DNA of 64,000 nucleotides, from assembly GCF_037042905.1 (NCBI RefSeq), contig NC_087245.1, positions 6,078,001 to 6,142,000 of the forward strand. Direction: 5' to 3'. Origin of the DNA: Lytechinus pictus (lineage: Eukaryota). Position numbers and translations under genes: made by a program. The notes beneath the pieces are model-generated. The model was not told the origin of the DNA and ran no database searches. It saw only the letters and a list, made by a program, of their open reading frames with translations. Positions 1-14,284 of the stretch are shown here, one piece after another (within the stretch, counting starts at the first letter, position 1; each line of letters opens with the position of its first letter).

Positions 1-84
1 TCATTTCATTTTTTTTCAATATTAGTATTTATGCTCTATTCTTTGTTTATATTTGAATATGTTACCATGTTTTATATTTGTGTT

Positions 85-165
85 TGTTCACGAAGGGCCT
101 CAACGAAAACCAGCTTGTTGCTGATTGAGCTACCCTTCTTTTAAATATTTGAAATAAATAAATAA
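85..165 (+). mobile_element. 3' tail of an L2-type LINE/SINE (fragment)
   Basis: GAAGGGCCTC...GAGCTACCCTTC stem-like motif followed by (TAAA)n. The tails at ~35770-35845 and ~39210-39283 have the same style. Confidence 0.5.
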
Positions 166-317
166 ACTTCTTTTGCACAATATTGTCTTTGCTGTACGAG
201 ATTTTAATCAAAGCCCCATATTCAATTTCACAAGAGTGGAAAAAAGTCACAGCTTTATAGCTTCATAATGAGTTGTATATGTATTTTAAAAAGTATAATT
301 GCATATCATCTCCGCAG

Positions 318-539
318 GTAAATATGCGGTTACAGGAGGAAATGACAAGAAGGCCCTACTCTGGTCATTGGATTCATCAGATGGTTTTTTGGTAAGGTGC
401 TACAACGTTTGGCAGTACATACATCAGAGGTAACGTGTGCTATCTTCATGCACGATGGTAGAATGATTATCACAGCTTCACATTCAGGAAGCAAACAGCT
501 CTATATGTGGAATATATCAGGAGATGAAACAGACAAACA
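318..539 (+). CDS. Penultimate exon of a WD40-repeat protein (1-nt frameshift at the T-run 385-390)
   Basis: Acceptor ccgcag at 312-317 and donor gtaagt at 540. Reads GKYAVTGGNDKKALLWSL, then in a shifted frame GKVLQRLAVHTSEVTCAIFMHDGRMIITASHSGSKQLYMWNI, both WD40-like blades. Phase 2 matches the next exon. Confidence 0.8.
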
Positions 540-616
540 GTAAGTAATCTGTCTTTCTTTCTTAAACTACAAACTTCATCCTTTATTCTTTTTCTCCTTT
601 GAGTGTCCAACCCTAC

Positions 617-700
617 ATTATAATAATAATAATAATAGCGGTATATTTACCCAGGGTAGCCGCTTCAGTTCCGAAAACTGTTCTCCCAGCGGGCCCTGCT
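617..700 (-). mobile_element. Intronic L2-type 3' tail fragment with (ATT)n
   Basis: The reverse complement reads CAGGGCCCGCTGGGAGAACAG...GGCTACCCTGGGTAAATA followed by an (ATT)n tail. Confidence 0.5.
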
Positions 701-991
701 ATTTGTAATTTAATCAAATTCCCCAAATTCCCCAAACAAACAAATTCCCCAAACAAATATATATCAATGTCAAATATGGGCGTTTCTTAATCTAGAGGGG
801 AAATTTAAAAAAAAAAGATATTCATGGTGTCGTGTGTACAGAGTGGGAGTTGGCCACTATAAATTGGTTTCTAGTGATTAGCTATAATTATAGAGCTCAA
901 CTTCAGTGACATTAAAGTCAATTACAATGCCAAGTGGTCTCAACTTTCAGTTAACAATGACAGATCTTTGTTTTACTCTCGATCTTGTTAG

Positions 992-1283
992 TTTCATCTA
1001 TGGACATTCCCACGCAATCCTAGATATGCATATATCAGCAAACGATTGTTACTTGGTTACAGCATCCCGTGACTGCACTGTCAAGGCTTGGCATCTTCCA
1101 TCCCGACAGTTGATGGCGTCCTTTGACTGCAAATCAGCGATAAAGCACATAGATGTGGTTTACATCAATGAAGATCACTACCGTATAGCAGGAGAAAACA
1201 AAACTGGAACTATTCTCCTACTGGATCTGTTTCTCCCAAAAGCAGACAGGTCTGAAGCCTACTATCAATCACCAGTAATGTAA
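992..1283 (+). CDS. Terminal exon of a WD40-repeat protein (possibly NACHT/WD-type C-terminus)
   Basis: Acceptor ttgttag ends at 991. GHSHAILDMHISANDCYLVTASRDCTVKAWHL is a typical WD40 repeat. Stop TAA at 1281-1283. Confidence 0.85.
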
Positions 1284-4200
1284 TGAAAAATGTTAATAGG
1301 CCACCTTATTTTAATATTTGTATACATACATATGCTTTTAGATTTCTGTGATACATTACAACAAATTTCATTAATGATCGATGGAACAAGAACATCTTGA
1401 TCATCTATTCATATACTGTATTCCTGTAAATTAAATGCAAACAATAAAGGGTTACTGGATCCAAATTTAGAAAACATGTTATCAACAACAATCGCAAGAA
1501 GTCTGTGTAAAAAATAATCAAATGATGTGGCTTTAGTAGAGGAAGTGAACAGAGAAGTTGTGAAACAGGACTCTTATGCATGTAAACACTCCAGGATTGA
1601 AAAGAGAGATGGTTGATAAAATTGATAGTGAACTGATGACAATCTTGTTCATGGGTCGTTTTAAGATAAAATGGTGCATGATAATTTCATCTTTCTTTTC
1701 AGTCAGAAGTCAGAGTATGAATACTAGAAGCTTTAATGCACCACTTTTAAAGAAAAATCCAGAATCAATGTGTTCAAACATGAAGCTTAATTAAAACTTA
1801 CACCCGCTCTGATACCAAAATGGTGGCAAAATTTGAATGAAAAAAAAGTGCCATTGCATCCAGGGTTTTCTACATATTACATAAGTGAATAGGATTCAAA
1901 GTGGAGGTCTTATGAAACCAGCTCTTTTCAGCTGAAAAGCAGCTTTAATTACATATTTATGAAAAGCAATTACATCTTAGCTTTTTATCTATGATATAAG
2001 GATATGAGTACAATATACATAGGTAGTTAGAAACAAAAAGATTTTTTTTTTTAGACCTTGCATATGACAAAAAGTATTAGCCTGAATAAAATTCAGTTGT
2101 AGCAAGGTAATATTTAGTTATACAAATATTATTGTTCGTTGTAAACATGAATTATTAACATACTTGTAGTATACCTTTCTTGATGTCACTCATATATGGG
2201 TCAAGTCTAGAAAATAAAAGAAATACAACAGATATCAATTTCACTTCTGAATTTAATTCATTTCACAAAATATTAGAATAGATTTGGTTTACAATATCAC
2301 AATGAAGGTAACACATCATTTGATCTTCTGACTCTTGCTCCTCCTGTAATATCTCTGGAGATATTAGGTGAGGGTTGTTATAGGGTTTGCAGTTTAGAAT
2401 TATGTGAGGATTGGGATTAAGGTTAAGGTCAAGTAGGTTAATGTTTGGCTAATGTGTGTATTATCAATGGGAGATATTGTCATAGAAGCAAATGTGACAG
2501 AACCCACAATGAAACCATGAAAGTCAATAATCATCTAGCCAATGTATTATTTTCAATTGATATTCAATATGATGATGTGATAACACTAGGATTAAATTGA
2601 TAATTTATAAATAAAAGAATGGAATGTAATATGACATCAAACACCTACACAAATCATTGTTTTTTATTCAGTCAAAACCACAAATGAATATTTTAAATAC
2701 AAATAACAATTTTCACACAATATCATAGTATATTGAAATAAGAAAATACATGATAAATAACTACAAATATCAATTTGTCTGTTATCTATGTCTACATATA
2801 TACAGATTATAATCCTGACTGATTAATTCTAAGCATCAATAAAATGTGTTGTGACAAAGATGATGATGAATTTGTATAGCAAAGCCACTGTATATTTCTA
2901 CTGCACTTTGCTTACACTAAACACTTAAAATGATGAAGTATTCTGGACTCAATTTTGTTTAGATTATTTGTTATATCTGCTTGATATATTCATACCTGAG
3001 TAATTTGTTTCTTTGTTTTGTTTTGTTCATGCATGTTATATTACTATAATTATACCAGTGGAAAACAAATTTCTTTGTAATCATGTTTACGAAGACAAAA
3101 TAAAATATCTTGTACATGTAAAATAATTAGCTTTAGAACTGATTATGTACAAAGTGTCATGTCTGAGTGTGACCCTTTCCTTTGCATCTTTGTAATTTTT
3201 CAAACATTAAAACACAACTGCATTACAGAAATTATCTTTTACTGCATTTGTGGCTGCTTTGTACTGCACCCCTGTCCTTTTCATTTTCATAATTACATGT
3301 ACATGTATTATTATAATTACATGAGATTTACAAGAATTTACAATTTCAAGAAGATTTTAGCCTTTGACTCATTGTAAAGCCAAATTTGTAGTTGTTTGTT
3401 CATTCTGACATATGTATAAAAATATACATATTCCCTGTTAAATTATATATTTTCCAAGATACAAGGCAAAAATTTACAAGAAAAGACTTAATCTTATCTA
3501 ATTTTGACAGAGTTTGATATTATCACTACTATTGCACAAGAAATATTTTCCATTAAGTTCATGAAAGGAAATGTTCAAAATATATAAGAGAATAAAAAAT
3601 TTATGAAATATTTAAGTAGAAAACTACATGTACTTGAAAGCAAGGTAGATGTAAATGATTGCAAGGTTTTTAAAGATCACATTATATCACAATAAAATCC
3701 ATTATAGAATGCAAGTGATGAAATCCAACTTGTGATTATAGAGATATTTATGAGTCCACTTGTTCAATATCTATAAATCTACAATACATTCATACATACT
3801 GTGAATAAACATTAGTATGTACAATGACATGCACTGTACATATGACTCATCATTACCAGGAAGACAACTGATACTGCCTACATTGTGCTTTCCCTTTTTC
3901 ATAATGCCCTTTAACGATAAAAGGAAACAAGTGTCACGTCAATCAAACTCTATTTACAAATATATAGCACTTAATACTTTGTTTTCAGAGCACTTTACAC
4001 TGCAATTATTATATACAGTTATACATTTTGTCATTACCAAGAGAATAGAACTCAAAAGTATAGATTGCTTGCCAGGAGCATGAAGAGGAAGTATACTGAA
4101 AATGTTATCGTATTGCTTTTAGGTCCCTTTCGCTTCAGCCTGAACGGCGGGTTTAACGTATTTGAATTATGCGACATTTGAATTCTATTTCATTTATAAG

Positions 4201-5759
4201 TAATAATGGGGGTTACAATATTTTCATGATTTTTTTCTAAGGAAAATGTTTTGTTAAAATTTTTTGAGGAAATAGTGCTTTAAAGCGCAAACCAAATAAA
4301 TGTTCATGTCAAACTGTAAAATGGATGGCCTTATGCAGATTTTTTTTCTTGGGAAGGCAAGACGCCTCAAACTTTTCGAAACAAATTGAAATCTCGGGAG
4401 CGAAGCGACCGATCATAATTATATCGGGGGAGGTTTTTCACTTTAGATTTCGTGCTTACTTTTTGTAAATTGTGAAAATGTTCAGTAAAGATGAAAGTTT
4501 TCGAATGAAAGAGGAAGGATTTCAATACTCTGTAAAGTATTATCCGTGGAAAGATATTTGATGAGTGTTACATGGATATCAAATGCATCCTATACAGATT
4601 ACCATCAGATGAACATTCAACTGTAGGATTGTGTGGTTTGCGCTCATCATGTCCTCTCCATAACCATTGATTCCTGTGTTATCATGAGATCGCTTGCATC
4701 GAATGATGTTGACTGATTTGTTATGTTGACTAACCAACAACATAACTAAATCAACCAGTGGCCACGGACCAAGTCCCCCCCCCCCCACCTTTCTAAACCG
4801 CAGTGGAATAGACATTACATGGTTATTATACCTGAACTATCTCAGAACCATGAAACCATCGATGTAAAGCTTATTATTGAAAGGATTATTAACTTGCCGC
4901 AAACATAAATATCAGTTTTATTCAGAAGAGGCGACGAGAAAGAACAAATACTTTATCATGTAAGATATCACGTTATGAACAATCATGTTCATGCTTTGTC
5001 ATGCTGATAAATAATAGTGAAACAGGGCTGTTGATATTTTGCTCACTCATTCGCCCCACTCGTATGCACATAATCAAGTTATGACACCAATGTGTAAATT
5101 TTCAACATAAGAACTTACTATTATTCCTTAAGGTTATCATATTTTACGTTTTCGTTCTGTTGGTGGAAATTGAAAATAGTTTGACATATCTTCTTCAAGT
5201 AAAATCTCCAATCAAAACTTACCCAAATGACTCTCCTAACTTTTGAAAGGAAGTTTTTTTACCTTCAATACGTGCTCACTAAAATATATGATGCCACAAT
5301 TTAAAAATTACATTTTGACACAGACATGAGTTGATTAAAATGGGTGAAGGAACATTTCTGCTGATAATTTTGTTTCTAGTTTAATGCGTTTTCTGTTAAT
5401 TGCATTATTTAGTGAAGGTGGCGATCAATTGGCCTATTCTTTGCCCATGGTGTGAAATCTGTGATTATGCTAAAATTTTGACAATCCATTTGGGTTTTTT
5501 TACACAAAGTTTGGTCATTTTCCACTTCTTTTCATCATTTACTTGAACATTTCAACGTATTTGCTTTAGATAATGCACTCAATCAGAATTTATGAACTTT
5601 ATAATAAGCTGTAACTAAATATTTCTCAATTCAATAATAGCGACACTTGTCATGTATCATGTAAAACAAATAATATACTGATATCAATACATTGGGTCAT
5701 TCTTATGAAATTTACTTATAATGCTCTGAAATTTTTTGTACAGATCCGAACCAAAACTT

Positions 5760-6860
5760 GATATTCTAAAGCACTTTTTGTTACCATGAAGGGGATAGGC
5801 GATTAACTAAAAAGTTTATGCAAGCGCGTAGCGCGAGCTCAAAAAGTTTTATTATTCCAACCCAAAACAGGACATTCTAAGGACTTTTGTGACCATGAAC
5901 AGGGTGGGTATCTATCTGAACAATTGAATCGAGCGCGAAGCGCGAGCTAAAAAAATACAGATTTTCTGACCAAAAATTTTGACATTCTAAGCACTTTTGG
6001 TCATCATGAGTAGGATGGGCATCTAACTAAGTAGTTCATGCGAGCGCGTAGCGCGAGCTAAACATTTTTTTATTCCAACCCAAAACTGGACATTTTAAGC
6101 ACTTTTGCGACCATGAACAGGATGGGTATCTGATGCGAGTGCGAAGTGCGAGCTGAAAATCTTTGGTAATCTGACCTAAATTTTGGACATTCTGAGCACT
6201 CTTAGTAATCATGAACAGAATGGCTATCTAACTTAACATTTCATGCGAGAGCTACATTTACTTTGAATTTAAAATTGGATAGGCCTATTCTAAGCTTCAT
6301 GGTATCCATGGTGAGCAGATGACTACATCTCACTTAATATGGAATATGAGCGCGAAGTGTGAGCGAAATTTTCTTTTTTATGTAATTTCACGATATTTTT
6401 TTCCATTTTCCAATTATCCCCTCCCCTTATTTTATTCACATTTCTCTTTTTATATTTATTTTGCTCTCTTCTTTCATTTTTTTTACATTATTTTCTTCTT
6501 CGTGGTGCGAAAAAAACTTTTTTGTTGGTTGTCTAGTTTTTCCGAAAAAAATCGAATTGGGAGCGAGTTTAAAATTTGTTTATTTTTCATAGTAAAACTT
6601 TCATTTTTTACTATTCTACATTATATAGGTTTTAAGATTTCTTTGTTTTAGCTGTTAGGTTTACCTGCTATCTTTTTCCTCCTCCTTTCTTCTTTTCTTT
6701 CTTTCTTTCTTTCTTCCTTCATTTCTTTCGTTCTTTCTCCTTTCTTTTTTCCTTTTTTTCTCCATTTCTCCTTTCCTTCCTTTTTTGTCTTTCTCTCATT
6801 TTCCTCCTGAAATTTATGGGGATGTGTCCCCCCCCCCCCCCGCTTCCGCCGCCTATGACT
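5760..6860. repeat. Non-autonomous DNA-transposon family with ~120-bp sub-repeats carrying GCGAGCGCGAAGCGCGAGC
   Basis: The motif recurs at ~5820, 5930, 6040, 6135 and 6348. The region ends in poly-C followed by GCTTCCGCCGCCTATG. Same motif family as 47818-48981. Boundaries are approximate. Confidence 0.6.
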
Positions 6861-6928
6861 TTGCGCATTGCAAAAAACAAGGGTCCTTGCCTGCAGAGTA
6901 GGCGTTGCTAGAGTATTGTGATAGGGAT

Positions 6929-7262
6929 TTACTTCCAATTCGTCTAATAAAAATTCGTCCAATTGCCAACTCGTCTACTATCATTCGGTCTACCATCAGT
7001 TCTTCCACTATCCACATGGACTAATTGCCAATTCTTCCACTCATTCTTTCGTGTAATAACCAGTTGGTCCACTAGCCATTTAGTCCATATACCATTTGGT
7101 CTAATTGGACTAAGTGTTAATTGTGCAAAATGAATGAAAATGGGTATTCATATTGGACCAATTGATTATTGAGACGAAATGGTCATAGACGAAACGGTGA
7201 TTAGACAAAGTGATGATTGGACCAAATATTTATTGGACGAAGTTGTTGTTAGACGAGATGTT
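6929..7262. mobile_element. Foldback/MITE-like element whose inverted arms are built from ~15-bp sub-repeats
   Basis: The left arm repeats TTCGTCTA/TTGGTCTA and the right arm repeats the complement TAGACGAA/TGGACCAA. Confidence 0.55.
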
Positions 7263-8117
7263 GTGTGTGTATGTGTGTGTCATATCAATAGAGGCTGGTA
7301 TATTATATCATATAATATTCATAGCTCTGCGCCACAGTGCAATTACCAAACAAAATATGTATTGCTGGTATTCAGGGAGAATCGTTACTCAATGTTTGGT
7401 TGAATGAATTCATCGATACTACCAGCAGTGCAACATTACTCGAAATAATGTACATGATAAATCCCATCAATATTATTACGCTCGAATTATAAGATAACTA
7501 TGCAGTGATTGACCGTCACATTCTATGACCAGAAATGCTACAATTCTTTAGAAGTCGTTAGAAGGGACGGGATCATGCGGTAACCTGTAAGATACGATAG
7601 CCTTTATAATAATAAAAATTATTATTAAAAAAGAAAAAAAAAACAAAGAAAGAAGGAGAGGAACGAATATAAAGGACACGTCAAAGAAAAGAAAGAAAAT
7701 AATAGTTGACCAAACGAGTTGGCGGTAATAGTCAAATATGACTGGTCGCCATTAATTTCCAACAAACAACAAAACTTTGATCGAGAACTTTAATGCTTTT
7801 GACAACATGAAAGAAAAAAAAACATATGTAACGGCTCACACTTTGCAAACCGATCAAATACCCGTAATATTCTTTCATGAAATTATACTATAAATTTTGG
7901 GATGCCTTACACTTTGCCCAGTATCGACTAGCCCTTCGTTTGATCAAGACATACATTATGTTACTATCCATTATTTTTCTTTTACAAACCTTTTTTATCA
8001 TTATCATAATTATTAAGCTGAGTTATTTTGTTATTGATGTTTTGTATACCAATATCATTGCTACTCTTGTTACCATCATTAATATTATTATTATCCGTAT
8101 TTCTATCATCGATATTC

Positions 8118-8182
8118 ATAATCATCATCATCATCATCATTATCATCATCACCACCATCACCATCTTCATCATCCTCATCAT
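8118..8182. repeat. (CAT)n microsatellite
   Basis: Directly visible. It explains the poly-His, poly-Met and poly-Ile spurious ORFs. Confidence 0.9.
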
Positions 8183-9795
8183 TAACATTTTAACTGTTGC
8201 TATTATTTTCATTACGAAAAACTATTATATTTAATGTTCTTACGTGAGTCTCAATGTATTCATTACAAACAATAGTCAATAAGTGTATGGGACACTCTAA
8301 GCATTTTTTTAAATAATTTTCATGAAATAGTATTTTGCATGCAAGTTGTGAATGGTAATTTCCTTCTTTTTTTTAAATAACTTTTCTGTTTATATCATAA
8401 TTCTTGTTTGTATATGCATAAACAAATGTATGAAAATTCCATATATATAGCTCCAGGGTCAAGGTTGTGAACGGACAGGCCTAAATAATAGGTACGTGGT
8501 CAGGACAACACAGGTGTGGAAAATAAACGGATCTAATTACACAGTTCATATGCCTACGTCAAATATGCGTGAGTGACACAATAAAATGAATAGAGCTCTC
8601 GGGTGGAGTAAACTCTTAAGCAAATAATGCCAGGGTCCCAGGGCCGGTGCCATTCATAACTTGGTTTCCTTACAGGATAATGCCGTTTGATAAATGCTGT
8701 GATGACTATAATTATAATCAACAAATTATTCCTCGTCAAATAAGTTCAATACTTCTGTCACGTCACACGCCGGACTAAAAACCAGGCGAGATTCACACCG
8801 AAGACAAGTGATCTACTTTAAAAAAGCTCTGTTCATTATTTTTACTCATAGGAGTTAAAGATTAGGAAATTTATTCATATTTTTTATTTAGTATATTATT
8901 CTAAATAAAATGTGTAAGCTGGAATGTTTTGAGACGCATAACGTTTTCTAAATTTTTAAAGATTTGATTGAGTGATATCTATAACCATGATGACAATAAA
9001 AGAAACAATTATATTAGTAGTGACATTATTGATAATAGTAATAACGATGAATGCAGTAAAGATAAAAATATACATCATCATTATCAAAAATGGCAGTAAT
9101 ACTTAGGCATTTCAAATAAAATCACAAGGACTGTATCATCGCATAATATATACAAAATTAAGTAAGCAGTGATCAGAGTAATGATATGGCATGGACAGAA
9201 ATGTAATCATGACAAAAATGAAAAGAAAAGGTGAATGTTAGTAGATAATATTTTGAAGGATTCAAAATAAGTGAATGGACAGACATGTGCTGATTTGAAA
9301 TTTTTAAAATATAGCGTTCATTAGTTAACTCGAATTCAGAATAAAGTTTGTATGTTAGTCTGTGTAGTTTAACACGACTTCCTATATACATCCACTTTGT
9401 TCCAAGAGACAGTAAAGTAAAGTATATTAAACGTAATGTTAAGACTTTTGGCACTAGGGCAGAAATAAAATGAGTGTCCATTGGATGTGTTCTCCTTGCA
9501 AGTCCCAAAATCAGCGATTCCGACAACTTTTCAAATATATTCTGACATATTATAAGTTTAAATATAAGATATACATATAACATTTAAAAAGTATCCATAA
9601 TTCATATGTATTGATATTATACTACAAAATAGGGGATAGCTATGGGGAATAACAGGAATTAGCAACATTAATTGTCTTATCAAAGCTAATCATCAATTTT
9701 TATGAAAGAAAAGCAGTGAAATAATAACAAATATTAACCAAATGGCCATCACATCAAAATGGGTGTCTACACATTAATGATAAGATAAGACCTAA

Positions 9796-9797
<2 letters not shown>

Positions 9798-9845
<48 letters not shown>

Positions 9846-9864
9846 GTATATATATATATATATA
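9798..9864. repeat. (TA)n microsatellite
   Basis: Directly visible. Confidence 0.95.
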
Positions 9865-10101
9865 CAATGAAAACCGATTTTATATCAAATTAATGAAATA
9901 TCTGCGTATTTTTGTCTTGATCATAATAATAATTAAAAAACGTTAATTGACTACTACATCTTTGTAATATTAGAATGTGTGATGATCATACTCAGGTATA
10001 ACTAACCTTACTAACCTTTACTAAGGCTTTGTACGAGATTTAAGATGGCCGAAGTAATAATACATCATGATGTATCGGCAAATGCTTGGATTCGTTGTTT
10101 T

Positions 10102-10374
10102 GGGCCCCGTCTTACAAAGAGTTACGATTAATCCAATCATAAGTAACTCTATGGAAATCCATCAGTATCATAATTTTTTCTACAGGAAATTTGCAAAATG
10201 TCCTTTTTAAACAAAGGAAAACACACCAAATTGTCAAGAAATCAATGACTTTATGGATATACATTCATATCTAGAACAATTTTTGAAAAAAAATGCACTT
10301 CATATGTTGACTTTGCTGGCTTTTCATAGTTGCAATTGATCGGATCAATCGCAACTCTTTGTAAGACGGGCCCC
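10102..10374. mobile_element. MITE with ~30-bp TIRs (PIF/Harbinger-like ends)
   Basis: GGGCCCCGTCTTACAAAGAGTTACGATT ... AATCGCAACTCTTTGTAAGACGGGCCCC. Confidence 0.8.
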
Positions 10375-11829
10375 TGATGTCTTAAACCGCGCTGTATAAA
10401 AGCGGAATATTAATATTCATATTTGTATCCAACTGAGAAGATTTGAAAGTTGAAGATAAAGCTGTGAATTGTATGATTGTGGTTCCTCTGAATTGAAAAC
10501 TATAAAGAAACACACATATCGCTTCCATTTTGCGATTTTTTTTTCATATGTTCTTATGGTCATAATGATAATTGAATTCTTCATATCGTCACTTAGAATT
10601 TAGTTATTTCAGTCGATAGTCACTGAATTATGGGGTGAGCCTGCGCCTATGGAGGTTTTTTACAGAAATATGGCGCAATATAAATGCTGTGGATTATCCT
10701 TTTTTTTTATATAATCGAACATGCTTATAAAATATTTATATCAAGATGGAATGTCCTTGCCATTGCTAAATGGTATATAATGCACGTTGGGAATGATCTG
10801 ATATAACTGATGGGCTATTTTTTCATTTTATTCCTTGCTTTCATTTATCTTCTCTGGAAAGAAACAATAAAATACCAAAGAAAAAGATTATAGACAAGAA
10901 TTTTCTTTCTATGTTTTTATTTGATTATAGGGTGTTGTCGGTATTTCATAAACTTTTGCAATACCACAGAATACGGGCAGCTGCTGTTCGCTCAATTTCT
11001 TCTACTGACGTCATACCGCCTACCTTCAATGTTGGGTTAGAAAAGAAAGATGATTATAAATATGGCGAAACAATCCTGGCGGATATGTGTTAACACTTCA
11101 TAAAGCACTATTTCGTAAAGAGATGAAGAAAGAGTACACTTTATTACAAACTATATATTAATTAATTCATTCATATCAAAATAATGAAATCGGAAATCCG
11201 TCAAGTTTGAATGAATTCTGACAGATATTGACAGATTCTTTGAAAGAGAATATTGTTTAGGGTGCGGCTTTCCTTAAACTGCTCAACATTTTTACGTCAG
11301 TGATTGAACGATTGACCTATAATTTCACTTTATTCTAACATAAAAAATCGAAATATTAGAAATGGTTCCGAGGTACGAATTCCGCATAAATATCACCCGT
11401 GCCTTGAATGAATACTGGCAATGAAAGATAAGGAAAATTATAATATCTATACAATTACACAGATTAATTTGTAAAACTGAGATAAGAAGACAATTGAAAC
11501 ACTTTTGATAAATTATGCATGTGTTCACGTTCCTATGCTCATTTGTAACACAAATCATGCAAAAATATTTTGTCACGAAATTTTTGCTCCGTTATCAAAA
11601 ATAGGAGACCAAGTATATTTTGAGAACATCCGTTGGCTTCTACTGATTGCTTTGGAACGACTTAACCATCTGTACTGAGCGTACAGAAACGTTGTTGGCG
11701 CTCTAACAGAGGCCCTGTTACAACCGGTAATGTGACGGCGATGTCCAATGTTACAACAATGCATTACTTACACATTGAAATAAATGTTTTGACTTCACAA
11801 TCCGAAAGTTGTGAAATAAATGTTTTTTG

Positions 11830-13780
11830 ACATTTTCACATAAAGAATGGAAATTCTAAGCACTTTATGTAACTCAAGCACAATAGGTATATAATAAAAC
11901 AATGCGAGCGCGAAGCGCGAGCGGAAAATTTCGAGATCTAGTCCTATATTTACTGAACGAGACACTCTATTCATGTTTTGTAAATCCTGAAAAGGATGAG
12001 TATTAATAATGCGAGCACAAAGCGCGAGCAGAAAATTTTTATATACGTTTTGAACTGGTACTTGTTGAAAAGGTACCTGTTAAGGACTACTTGCACTTAG
12101 CCATGAAGGTGTTACATATTTCAACAATAAAAAAATGCAAGCGCGAAGCGCGAGCTGAAAAATTTTGAACTTTCTGTAGAAAGAATGGAAAATTTTAATC
12201 AGTTTTTGTAATCGTGAACAGGATAGCTATATAATTTAACGATTGATGCGAGCGCGAAGCGCGAGCAGAAAAAAAAATCGAGATTTAGACCTAAAAATGG
12301 GCCACTCTGTTCATGTTTTGTAAATCATCAAAAGGATGAGTAATATGGGGTCTTCCTACATTAATAATGTGAGCACAAAGCGCGAGTAGAAAAATTTTGA
12401 TATTGTGATCTGAAACTGGATAATGATTTAAATTAGAGAACAAGTTGAGTATCTGAATAAACATGCGTGAGCGTGTTTCATATTTAGACTTAGAATCTAG
12501 GCATTCTAAATACAACTTTAATCATGAAAATCATGAACTTTGATATTCCGATCTGAAAAAAGAGTAAATTTCAGCTTTATATTTCAAGCACTTTGTAGAA
12601 AAATTTAAGGTGGATATGGATCTCACTTAAAAAACAGCTGATATTATTATTACTTTGAGTTTTGACATAGGACCGGGACATCCTTACGACATGTCATCAT
12701 ATGAAAATGATGACAATCTTCCTATTCCTCTTGCTAAGCGCGAGATGAAACAAAAGGGACAATTTAATTATTAAATTAATATCATATTTATTAATGCCTA
12801 ATGAGGGCGCGAAATCTGATGATATCATGGCATAAAAACTGGACATTTCACTTTTGTGATTATGAATAGGATGCATCAGTTGATATAATTTTAGCCATTA
12901 ATGCGAGCGCAAATCGCGAGCTAAAATTTCTGATAAACTGTCATGAAAAGGGGATTTTAAGTGGTTTGTTGTATAATCAATATTGAAACATTTATATAAC
13001 TCGCCAATCAAAATGCGAGCGTGCAGCGCGCTAGCTGATACGTCTTGACAATCAGACCTGAAAAGGGATATTTTGAAAACTTTATGGAATACACGAAAAT
13101 AATAGGTACCTGATAGATCAAAATTTGCGAGCGCGCAGCGCAAGCAGCAAATGTTAACATTCAGACCATAAAACTGACATTTTTACAGAGCACTTTTTAA
13201 AAACCAATTTGTAAATTAAACAAAATAATGAAAGTTCGATTTCCGAGGTGAAATATGTTTTTGTATATTGATTTCCAAACTTGATATTCGAACTCCATAT
13301 TGAACAAGATATGTAAATCACCTAACAGGCAATGCGAGCACGAAGGGCGAGCGAAAATTTTGTATAGTGGCACGAAAGATTCTTTTTATTTTCCAATCCT
13401 TCCCCTCAACTTATTTTATGCACTCGTCGTCCTTCTCTTCTTTTTCTCCTATCTTTTCCCTCCTTTTTTCCTTCTTTCTTTCCCTTTTTCTTTTTTGCTC
13501 CGCCAAGAGGGGGGGGGGGGGGGGCGGGCCCCTCGGCCCCCTGGATCCGCCTATGGGGATAAGGGGCGGGAAAATTTTACAAGCAAAAAAAAAGGTTATC
13601 ATCGCCAAAGTAAGGTCATCTCGTCCCAAAATACATGTTTTATTTCGATTTAGAATGATGTATTTTTTACCATCATAAAAGACCAAAAATAGTAGGGGGA
13701 CATTTGATATTGTGTCCCCCCTACTATTTTGAGTAGGGGGGACACGTCCCCCTGTCCCCCCTGGGATTTCCGCCCATGAC
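11830..13780. repeat. GCGAGCGCGAAGCGCGAGC sub-repeat DNA-transposon family (composite or nested copies)
   Basis: About ten motif copies. Poly-G/poly-C subterminal blocks end in GGATCCGCCTATG (~13555) and TTTCCGCCCATG (~13778). Boundaries are approximate. Confidence 0.6.
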
Positions 13781-13915
13781 TGTTAGCGCTCTATTAGGCT
13801 TTCAACGTTTCTGTGCGGTGGTTCTTTACTCGGGTTTACGCTGCTCAATTTTATTAATTATTTTTCTTTTAAAATAGATAACTAAAAATGGTATAGGTCA
13901 TATATTATTTTGAAG

Positions 13916-14094
13916 GAAATGGGTACCGGGTGCATGCAGATCGAGAAACGATAGCAAGAACGATGTCTGCCGAAGAGAAATTGGTTGTGAATCCACCGAA
14001 ATTGGAACACGATCTGCCGGCAGATAGTGTTCCTAGAACCTATCCGCCTAGCACCGGATCCGCCGCTACACCGGCACAAGTCACTTCTAATAAG
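13916..14094 (+). CDS. Possible isolated exon (MSAEEKLVVNPPKLEHDLPADSVPRTYPPSTGSAATPAQVTSNK)
   Basis: GC-richer open frame after an acceptor-like ttttgaag, with a weak donor aag|gttaaa. No recognisable domain and no partner exon found. Confidence 0.25.
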
Positions 14095-14284
14095 GTTAAA
14101 ACGACGAACAAAAATGTACTTTTCAAAAGCCAGCAGATTTACCTGCTGTCAACTTCCCGCGGGAAGTGGCGAGAAAGCCGAACAATAGGGATGCTTTTAT
14201 AAAGGGTTGAGGGTTTACCAGAGTGAGATGTATCCCCTTGGCGCGCCATGGCGTCTCCATAATGACGCATCACATATACATATA

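Noticed and set aside
6319..6962. Phe-rich and Lys/Glu-rich ORFs (similar ones at 13300-13686)
   Set aside because: They come from pyrimidine-rich subterminal tracts of MITEs.
7877..8234. Poly-His, poly-Met and poly-Ile ORFs
   Set aside because: They are translations of (CAT)n/(ATT)n low-complexity sequence.
11830..13370. CRISPR-like array of regularly spaced palindromic motifs
   Set aside because: The context is eukaryotic, the spacers are homologous to each other, there are no cas genes, and the repeats belong to a TIR transposon family.
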